Shown one piece after another: positions 54,373 through 64,000 of a stretch of DNA of 64,000 nt. The position numbers and the translations under genes were made by a program. Source of the DNA: Eledone cirrhosa (Eukaryota). The DNA is taken from NCBI GenBank assembly GCA_964016885.1, contig CAXHJY010001547.1, positions 1 to 64,000 on the forward strand, read 5' to 3'. Position 1 is the stretch's first letter. Each line of letters opens with the position of its first letter. The notes beneath the pieces are model-generated. The model saw only the letters and a list, made by a program, of their open reading frames with translations. It did not search any database and was not told the origin of the DNA.

Positions 54373-54730
54373 TGTGTCTGTATATATGCCTTTATATATA
54401 GACAGTGTGAGTTCAAGGTGGACAATAATGTACCAGTCTAGTACTAGGTCGGTTCTTCCTCTACATCTCTTTTTCACTTCCCTCCCTCAGTGTCTCACTG
54501 GAATCATGGGCTTCTCTGTGTTTAAAACATCATATGTCAGATTTCATCAGATGTTATTGCTCCATATATTCATTTGTTGGTATATATGTCTCTATAAGCC
54601 TGTTTGTATTATATATATGCCTGTGTGTGTATGTATATACCTCTGCTTGAATATATATATGCTTTCCTGATGATTTCCTTAGATTGAAACACATCTAGTA
54701 CTGTAGAAGCCATTTCTATATTAAATGTTG

Positions 54731-54769
<39 letters not shown>

Positions 54770-54771
<2 letters not shown>

Positions 54772-57318
54772 GGAAAATTTGAACAGGAACAAAACAGAGA
54801 GGCAGTACAACGAATGTTTATTAATTTCACGCTCTGGAGAGTGGGGTGGTGGTGGGGAACGACGTTTCGGGCATAAGCCCTTCTTCGGGTGAAAAGTGTG
54901 TGGAAAGAGAGTTCAAAGGGTGTGTAGGGGAGTGGTGGAGAGACATATAGCGAAAAGGGGGTGGGAGGAAACGGTGCGAATGAAATTAAAAATAAAAGCA
55001 TGATCAAAATAAAATAAAATTAAAATGGGGTAAAACAGGTGGTTGAAGGGTGTGGATGTGTAGGGGTGGTGGCGGGTGGAGTGGGGAGAGGGAGACGAGG
55101 TGTCCGAGCGGGGAGGGCTGAAGGTGGTGTGTGTGTGTAGGTGTACGTGTGTGTGTGTGTGTATATGTGAAAGCAAGGGTTGGGGGAAGAAGGGGGTTGC
55201 ATGTTCAGGAAGAGGTGTGTGTGGGGTGGGGTGTAGGTCGGAGTGTGTGTGCGTGTGTGGATAGAGGGGTGGGGGAGAGGAATCCGGAGGCTGAAGGTGT
55301 AAATATGTGGTGGAAAGCACGTGTGTGTGGGGTTTAAACGTGTTGTGGGTGTAGGTGGCGTGTGGGAAAAAAAAATGTTTGGGGGTGTGTGGGTGAGTTA
55401 TAAAGGTGATTCCGTAAGAAGATGTGGTTGAAAGGTTGGTAAATTCCTAGGATGGTAGTTCATTCCGCGGTCAAGCTCCACATACGAGTAAACCATGAAG
55501 AGATGGTCGGAAGAGGAGAGATGTGGGGTGCGCGCGCAACAGGAAGTGGTCAAGGCGGTAGGAGTGCTGTGTGTCTGTGTGTGCTGGGAGGTGGTCAGAG
55601 GGCATAGCAGCAGTATGGTGGAATGGTAAAGGGGCGAGGATGGGTAGGTGTGAAAGTTGGAGTGAGGAGGGAGTGCGTGTGTATTAGTAGAGGTGTTAGT
55701 GGGATGAGTGAGTGTGGAGAAAGGGTGTGGGTGGGGCGGGGAGAGAAGGGTGTGGGGGTCGATGGAGGGAGTGTGCTGTACTGGTGTGTGTGTAGTTTGA
55801 TGAAGGGGGTGTTAGTGGGTGTTAGTATACGGGAGGTGGAGAAAGGGTTGAATGCAGGTGTGAGTGGGGGTTAGTGGTGGTAGGGTGTGTAGAGTTGGTG
55901 GTGTACGAGGGTGTGTGAGTACGTGTGCGTGGGGTTGGGGGGTGTTAGTGATGTTAGTTGCGTGTGGGGTGGGTGGTGTAAGTGGGTGCGTGTGTTCGTG
56001 TGCTTGGGGTCAGGGGGTGTTAGTGATGTTAGTTGCGGGGTGGTGGGATGGGTGTGTGGGGGTGAGGGTTAGTGGTGGTAGTAGGGTGTGTGTTTAGTGT
56101 GAGCGCGTGTATATATGTGCCGGTGGGTGTGTGCGTGTGATAAGGAGGGGTAGGAGAAGAAGGGAGGGATGTTAGTATGTTAGTTGGGTAAGGGTGGTCG
56201 GATGAGGGGTGGAGTGGAGGTGTTAGTATTGTTAGTTGTGGGGTGGGCGGTGAAAAAGAGGGGTGTGTTAGTGGTGTTAGTGGGGGATATGTGTGGGGTG
56301 AGGGGGGCGGTCGAAGGCTAAAGGAATAAGGGTGGGGAGTTCAGGCCGGGGGGAGTGTGGGTCTGTAAGAGGAAGATGGTTCTTTGTTCTGAGGAGATTG
56401 GCGGGTGTTCCGTGGCATTGGAGTAGGCCACAGACTGTGAGATGGCGTGCGGAATGTCCAGGGGCACCAAAGTGGCGGGCGATGGGGGAACTACCACCGA
56501 GACGAATATCCCGGAGGTGCTCAGTGAATCGGTCCGCCAGGCGACGTCCCGTCTGTCCGACGTAAGTCGCGCTGCACTCCGTGCAGCGAATTCCGTAGAC
56601 TAGGTTGGAGGAGGTGCAGCGGAAGGCATGCCGGACAGAGAGAGAGTGGCCGTTGGGACCCTGGAAGGTGGTGGTGTTGGTGATGTTGGGACAGGTGTTG
56701 CAGCGGGGCCTAGAACAGGGAAAGGAACCGGGGAGGGGAGCGTGGGTTGGTGGATAGGGAGCTGTGGACGAGGAGGGTGCGGAGATTGCGTGCGCGTTTG
56801 AAGGAGGGGAGTGGTGGGGTTGGGAAGATGTGGGAGGTGGAGGGGTCGGACTGGAGGCATCGGAAGAGGCGGTGGATGGTGCGGTGGAGGGGTAAGGTGG
56901 AGGGGTGGTAGGTGATGGGGAAGGGGAGACGGTGGGTGGGTTTGCGGTGGCGTGGGGTGAGGGTGGTGGAGCGGTGGACAGCACGGGCGCGGGTGAGAGT
57001 GGTGTGGACGAGAGAGGGGGGTAACCTCTGCGGATGAAATGGCTGACTAGGGAAAGGGCCTGGGACTCGAAGTCAGCATCTCGGCTACAGAGGCGGCGGA
57101 TCCTGAGGAGTTGGGAGTAGGGAATAGAGTGTTTAGTGTGGGTGGGGTGGGAAGAGGTGAAGTCGAAGTAAGAGTGGGAGTCGGTGGGTTTGAAGAAGGC
57201 GGAGGTGACGAGGGAGTGGTGGGAGGGGTCGAAGGCGACGGAGATGTCTAAGAAGTGGACGTGGGTGGTGGAGATAGAGGTGATGAGGTGGAGGGAGGGG
57301 TGGAAGGAGCTGAAGAAG

Positions 57319-57320
<2 letters not shown>
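54770..57320 (-). mobile_element. Second copy of the Neptune-like PLE, more 5'-truncated
   Basis: Reverse-complement match to ~33012-35643. GIY-YIG SNLVYGIRCTECSATYVGQTGRRLADRFTEH. HHR at 54859-54890. TA-flanked. Confidence 0.9.
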
Positions 57321-57367
<47 letters not shown>

Positions 57368-57505
57368 CTAAAATGGATATCATACACAAAACACCAGCAT
57401 CAACAGTCTTCCAAAAGATGTCAACATGAATGGACCTGCTATTTTTCTCTAAAAACATTTTTCCGATTCCATCCGTTCCTTCAATCTATCTTATTTCTCA
57501 TTCTT

Positions 57506-57541
57506 TCTTCTGATGAAGGACTAGTGTCCGAAACGTTAAGA
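57506..57541 (+). ncRNA. Minimal hammerhead
   Basis: TCTT CTGATGA A GGA CTAGTG TCC GAAACGTT AAGA. Confidence 0.75.
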
Positions 57542-57638
57542 TCTTCTTTCTGCTATATCAAGCGTTAACCTAATATATTCCTTCCATATAGTGTACTGAT
57601 TGTATTGTTATTTCTGTTTACCTTTTACATCCATCCAT

Positions 57639-57769
<131 letters not shown>

Positions 57770-57790
57770 TATATATATATATATATATAG

Positions 57791-58120
57791 GTAAGTTTGT
57801 TTTGAAACCGAGCGAATTAGGAAATTTAGTAGAAATAAGACGAAAGAAATTTTAGCCTGATAGTGGGGTTTAGAACCCTCTAAAAATGGTAAAGGATGAG
57901 TATTGACGCACATGGAAAGGGATAGAGGATGCATTGGTGTAATGGTAGCACAGTGGTCTGGATAACCAAAAATTGTGGGTTCGACTCCCATGTTCGTCAA
58001 TATTCACCCTTTCCATTTTAGAGGGTTCTAAACACCACTATCATGCTAAAATTTCTTTAGTAAAAAAATACGACGAAAGTTCCTATTTCAAACTTCACTC
58101 GCTGTTTCAAAACCAACTTC
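57791..58120. mobile_element. Fold-back/MITE-like element enclosing a tRNA-like cloverleaf
   Basis: Outer inverted repeat ~57793-57815 / 58098-58119; inner inverted repeat 57843-57915 / 57988-58058. Confidence 0.7.
57928..57999 (+). tRNA. tRNA-like cloverleaf (anticodon GGA, short variable loop); likely pseudo-tRNA
   Basis: GATGCAT TG GTGT AATGGTA GCAC A GTGGT CTGGATA ACCAA AAATT GTGGG TTCGACT CCCAT GTTCGTC A; 72 nt with A and B boxes. Confidence 0.55.
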
Positions 58121-58870
58121 ATTGTCATTATACGTGCTATGAATGTAGCTTCTAATTTGAATGGAAAGAGATGAGTGATGTTCATTTTCATTGACACAGA
58201 TTCAACAAGCTGGTCCTCAGGGTTGACGAAATGTATGTACCTGATACGGCACCGTTGAGTAACTAGCCTTAATAATTATATATATATATATGCAGAGGTT
58301 ATATTTTATTTGTTGGGATTCAACAAGCTTAAACATGTTTATAACTGATGTAAAGCACTCAACAGTTTAGTGGAGTAAATACACAATATATTAATAAATG
58401 GAAACTATATTTATAAAACCATATTTATTTTATTATACATATTTCAAGGGCAACCAAGGCAAATTATGGTGCGCTTTCATCAGATAAAATACAGATTTGT
58501 TTTATAAATAAATATTGACATACCCGGAAAAAAGACAACCTTAACGGTTGGAGCTTCCTGGATAGTGGAGATAGTACATTTATTGAGGGTAATACAAAGT
58601 TATGAATGAGTATGCAAATGAGTGTCCGAAAGGTTGAAAAGATAACGGTTTATTTAAATTAAACTGTTGGAAGAAGATGATATGTAAGGGAGAGAGAAAA
58701 AAAAAGAAAAAAGAAAAAAAGAAAGGAGAAAGATAGAAGAGGAAAGAAAGAACGATTATACATATTGATAGTGAAGATAAAGTGAATGAAGAAATAAGTT
58801 TCAAAGGAGAAATATACACAGCGTAAGTATATCTAAGTGAAAGAAGAAATAAGATTAACGTGGAAGAATA

Positions 58871-59047
58871 ATTGTTTCTACTTTAGGCACAAGGCCAGCA
58901 ATTACCCAGCGCATTACTGGTACTTTATTTTATCGACCCCGTAAGGATGAAAGGCAAAGTCAACCTCGGCGGGATTTGAACTCAGATCGTAAAGGGACGT
59001 AACTATGCTGGAAAGCATGGCGTCCGACCCTCTACCGATACTGCCAG
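58871..59047 (-). mobile_element. SINE family A inserted in the PLE inverted arm, TSD AGAATAAT
   Basis: Absent from the sister arm (62130-62145). AGAATAAT on both sides. Confidence 0.88.
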
Positions 59048-59907
59048 AATAATATTTATAATGCAGGGTTCATTACGTTTTGATTACAATACTTATAATG
59101 ATAGGTTGAAAAATTAGATTAAAATTAAAAATTAGAAATCAAAATTAAAGATTAAAATTTGCCTTAATATTAAAGATTTAATATTAATAATTATATTATA
59201 TTAAGATGTATTAGTAATAATATATTGGTTTAAATGTGTATGTTAAGGATTATAAATTATTTAAATAAATATATAGTATTTTACATTAGAGAAAATCTAG
59301 TATAGTTTATTTTATTAAAAGTTGTAAGTTAAAATTTAAACATCCAAATAATTTTAAATTTATGAAAAATTTACGAGAGTTTACAAAGGAATAACCACTT
59401 AATTATATTATAAAAACCGTAAGGAAGTGTAAAGGAAGTTAGAAGTGATTTTTAAAGATCTCAGATGACTCCAAGGAATAAATGTTACAAAGTTAAAAAT
59501 TTTATCTTAAGAATATAATTAAAACATGAACCATGTTATTTTATACGAAGTCATAAATTTACTTGCTATAAAGTTAAAAAATAAAAAAAATTTATCTTAA
59601 GAATATAGTTAAAGCATAAACCATAGGTTATTCCACATATATATAAAAAACCTATATATAAAAATCATATATTTTTCCACATATATATAAACATTTGGAT
59701 ATATATATTAAAAACGTTTGAAGATATAAAAATATTGGAAGATATGAAAATAATGGTTTTTCTATATCTTTCAAAGGAACTTTCAAAAAATGTTTTCCTA
59801 AAACCTTCCGTAAGTTTTTCAAGAAAAATTTTTCTTAAAGGAGTTTCAAGCAGTCATATAAAAAAATGTATAATCTATCGATAGGTATAATATATATATG
59901 AGCAGAT

Positions 59908-61181
59908 ATGGATAACAATTTCGATATCATTATGGGGTCATCGGACTCGGCGCAATTAACGGATCTTGTGGGGCTTTTTATTAACAATACTTTACATAGG
60001 AAAATACCGGAGATGACCGGTGGTTTATATCGTGACGATATGCTATTGCTTATTGAAAATAATAATAATTGTGAAATAAATAGGAAAAGAAAAGAAAAGA
60101 AATTATACAATTTTTTAATAGGGTTAATCTTCAAGTAGAAGTAGAGAATAATTATAAAATAGTTAATTTTTTAGATATAACTTTAATACTGGTCATAAAG
60201 TAAATGAGAATTTAAGCTATGTTAACTTTAATTCCAATCACCCCAGATCCGTTAAAAACACTATTGTAAATTCTGTGCAGCAACCTATTTCTAGAATTTC
60301 AGCGAATAAAAATATATTTGAAGATAAGGCACAATATTATAACGAAGCGTTAAGTAGAGCAGGCTATAGTAAGGAAATTAAATACATTGACAATAAGGAT
60401 GTGCCAATTAACCATAACTATAAATTTAATTATAATAGGAAACCTTGCACTAACTTGAAAATCAAAAAATAGAACTAGAAATATATTATGGTTCGCTCCC
60501 CCTTTCTCATTAAGTATTAAAACTCCTATAGCTAAATTATTTTTTAAAGCTCTAGATAAGTGCTTTCCTAAGACACACAGATATTACTCAATTTTTAATA
60601 GACATACTATTAAACTCTCATATTCCACCACTATGAATTTAGCGCAGAATATTAATAGAATTAATAATAGAAACTTAAAACTTAACCAGAATAGCATTAA
60701 TACCTCTAGCAATATCCAATATAATGTTACGGCTCCCAATAATATAAATTCAGATAAATGTAATTGTAGAAATAAATCTAACTGTCTTCTAAATAATAAC
60801 TGTTTAGTTAAAAATATAGTATACAATTGTAATGTCAAAACAAATGAAAACTCCTTTAACTATGTCGACTCTACTTCCACAGACTTCAAATCTCGTTTTA
60901 ATAACCATAAATGTTCCTTTACGAATATTGGTAAAAAATCTTCAACTTCTCTATCTAACTTATTATGGGACTTAAAATCCAAGAATATTAACTATTCCTT
61001 ATTTTGGAAAATTATCTCCAAAGCTCCTTCATTCACTGCTTTATCCAAAAATTGCTCACTTTGCGTTGAAGAAATATTCTTTATACTAAACAGTAAGAAC
61101 TCTATTAATTTGCGAAATAATTTATTTAGTTCCTGTAAACATCGTTTAAACTCAACTTTTAAATATATATATAAAATGTAA
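59908..61181 (+). pseudogene. Degenerate PLE RT/GIY-YIG
   Basis: [56 protein letters not shown]...YVDST, CSLC..E, CKH; several frameshifts. Confidence 0.85.
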
Positions 61182-62628
61182 TATATGATTTATCTCCTTT
61201 ACGTAATGTTTTCTATATCTATATATGATTCATATATATTTAATTTACTTTCTATTATCTCTACCTCATGTATATACTATATACTTTATATTATTACACC
61301 TATCGATAGATTATAATTTTTTTTATATGACTGCTTGAAACTCCTTTAACAAAAATTTTTCTTGAAAAACTTACGGAAGGTTTTAGGAAAACATTTTTTG
61401 AAAGTTCCTTTGAAAGATATAGATAAACCATTATTTTCATATCTTCCAATATTTTTATATCTTCAAACGTTTTTAATATATATATCCAAATGTTTATATA
61501 TATGTGGAAAAACATATGATTTTTATATATAGGTTTTTTATATATATGTGGAATAACCTATGGTTTATGCTTTAACTATATTCTTAAGATAAATTTTTTT
61601 TTAATTGTTAACTTTATAGCAAGTAAATTTATGACTTCGTATAAAATAACATGGTTCATGTTTTAATTATATTCTTAAGATAAAATTTTTAACTTTATAA
61701 CATTTATTCCTTGGAGTCATCTGAGATCTTTAAAAATCACTTCTAACTTCCTTTACACTTCCTTACTGTTTTTATAATATAATTAAGTGGTTATTCCTTT
61801 GTAAACTCTCGTAAATTTTTCATAAATTTAAAATTATTTGGATGTTTAAATTTTAACTTACAACTTTTAATAAAATAAACTATACTAGATTTTCTCTAAT
61901 GTAAAATACTATATATTTATTTAAATAATTTATAATCCTTAACATACACATTTAAACCAATATATTATTACTAATACATCTTAATATAATATAATTATTA
62001 ATATTAAATCTTTAATATTAAGGCAAATTTTAATCTTTAATTTTGATTTCTAATTTTTAATTTTAATCTAATTTTTCAACCTATCATTATAAGTATTGTA
62101 ATCAAAACGTAATGAACCCTGCATTATAAATATTATTCTTCCACGTTAATCTTATTTCTTCTTTCACTTAGATATACTTACGCTGTGTATATTTCTCCTT
62201 TGAAACTTATTTCTTCATTCACTTTATCTTCACTATCAATATGTATAATCGTTCTTTCTTTCCTCTTCTATCTTTCTCCTTTCTTTTTTCTTTTTTTTTT
62301 CTTCCTTTTTTCTTTTTTTCTCTCTCCCTTACATATCATCTTCTTCCAACAGTTTAATTTAAATAAACCGTTATCTTTTCAACCTTTCAAACACTCATTT
62401 GCATACTCATTCATAACTTTGTATTACCCTCAATAAATGTACTATCTCCACTATCCAGGAAGCTCCAATCGTTAAGGTTGTCTTTTTTTCGGGGATGTCA
62501 ATATTTATTTATAAAACAAATCTGTATTTTATCTGATGAAAACGCACCATAATTTGCCCTGGTTGCCCTTGAAATATGTATAATAAAATAAATATGGTTT
62601 TATAAATATAGTTTCCATTTATTAATAT

Positions 62629-62683
<55 letters not shown>

Positions 62684-62769
62684 ATATATAATCTGTGTTT
62701 GTATGTAGCATGCATATTTGTGTGTATATATGTCAGTGTATCTATTTAGCATGTATAATGAATGATGGA

Positions 62770-63258
62770 ATGTTAGAGACAGTGATATAATACATGTGGC
62801 CTTGAGTCACATGGCAACATGTTAGAGACAGTGATATAATACATGTGGCCTTGAGTCACATGGCAACATGTTAGAGACAGTGATATATTACATGTGATCT
62901 TGAGTCACAGGACAACATGTTAGAGACAGTGATATATTACATGTGATCTTGAGTCACATGGCAACATGTTAAAGACAGTGATATATTACATGTGATCTTG
63001 AGCCACATGGCAACATGTTAGAGACAGTGATATATTACATGTGGCCTTGAGTCACATGGAAACATGTTAGAGACAGTGATATATTACATGTGATCTTGAG
63101 TCACATGGCAACATGTTAGAGACAGTGATATATTACATGTGGCCTTGAGTCACATGGAAACATGTTAGAGACAGTGATATATTACATGTGGTTTTGAGTT
63201 ACACGGCAACATGTTAGAGACAGTGATATATTACATGTGGTTTTGAGTTACACGGCAA
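62770..63258. repeat. 49-bp minisatellite, ~10 copies
   Basis: ATGTTAGAGACAGTGATATATTACATGTGGCCTTGAGTCACATGGCAAC. Confidence 0.93.
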
Positions 63259-63575
63259 GCAAGTTTAAAATGAATGAATAAATTATGATAAATATGAATG
63301 AATAAATTCTGATAAATATAAATGGATGATAAATTATGATAAATATGAATGGATGAATAAATGAATCAAATGACATAATAGTTAGAATACTGAGTTGTTG
63401 ACCATAAGGCGTTGAGCTCTATTACTGGACCAGACCTCATGTTGTGTCAGTAAGTTACTTTATTTCACATTGCTTCTGTCTACTCAGGTGGGAAACGTGT
63501 TGTGACAACACTGCTACCCAACTATCTTTCTCAAAACGACAAGTTTCCACAATAATGTTTCATCAGTCAATAAAT

Positions 63576-64000
63576 CTTCTTCTTCTTCTTCTTCTTCTTC
63601 TTCTTCTTCTTCTTCTTCTTCTTCTTCTTCTTCTTCTTCTTCTTCTTCTTCTTCTTCTTCTTCTTCTTCTTCTTCTTCTTCTTCTTCTTCTTCTTCTTCG
63701 TCGTCGAAGCAACCATCTCCTACTGATTTAGCTAGATCACCAAGAGAGACCAGCCAAGCTCATGGATGTTATCCAACCATTTTGGTCGTGGTCTACCCCT
63801 GGGTCTCCCGTTGGTTGTTTTGCCCGTAAAATCTGCCCACGGATTCTTTCCTAAGACATTCTAACCACATGTCGATAGTATTGGAGCCCTGATCACTCAA
63901 TTCAGAGAAGTAATACCTCTACCTGGAGAGACTCTCTGATCCCCGAGCAACACACTTTATCAAGTAACGTTATTCCAAAGACCCTTCGGAGGAATCACAT
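63576..64000 (-). mobile_element. RTE LINE 3' end with (GAA)n tail (runs off the window)
   Basis: Reverse complement resembles 16310-16580 (TTCCTCCGAAGGGTCTTTGGA, CATGTGGTTAGAATG, GGTAGACCACGACC). Confidence 0.8.

Larger units (their letters stand above)
58383..62633 (+). mobile_element. Penelope-like element (Nematis-like) with ~1.3-kb 5' inverted arm
   Basis: 58383-59890 is inverted relative to 61293-62633. Degenerate RT and GIY-YIG lie in between. HHR-like motifs at 62529-62583 (plus) and 58433-58487 (minus). Confidence 0.88.

Noticed and set aside
54667-54705. CTGATGA...GAAAC...GTA possible hammerhead
   Set aside because: Stems I and II pair poorly; not counted.
62770-63258. CRISPR-like array (also considered for the 61-bp and 42-bp repeats)
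   Set aside because: Units are contiguous without unique spacers, there are no cas genes, and the context is eukaryotic.

Overview
Repeat-dense, AT-rich eukaryotic (animal) DNA with no recognisable host protein-coding gene. The SINE families and microsatellite load resemble an octopus/cephalopod genome (inference). The window is a nest of retroelements sitting in (TA)n and (TAA)n arrays: a disabled R4/Dong-type RLE LINE, two further Dong 3' fragments, five Penelope-like elements (PLEs; three Nematis-like, two Neptune-like), RTE and CR1 fragments, a deleted LTR element, a non-autonomous Helitron, MITEs, about 12 copies of one tRNA-SINE, and a 4.5-kb 42-bp satellite. The main signal missing from the ORF track is RNA structure. 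I read about 23 type I hammerhead ribozyme (HHR) motifs by eye, including a 421-bp tandem/inverted retrozyme- or pseudo-LTR-like unit, U3-A8 covariant cores, U4C cores and cores with long stem II inserts. There is also a TA-targeting small element with a reproducible T-shaped fold-back end, and a tRNA cloverleaf enclosed in a fold-back element. Most listed short ORFs are microsatellite artefacts. All coordinates were read by eye and may be off by a few bases; no searches or folding programs were run.
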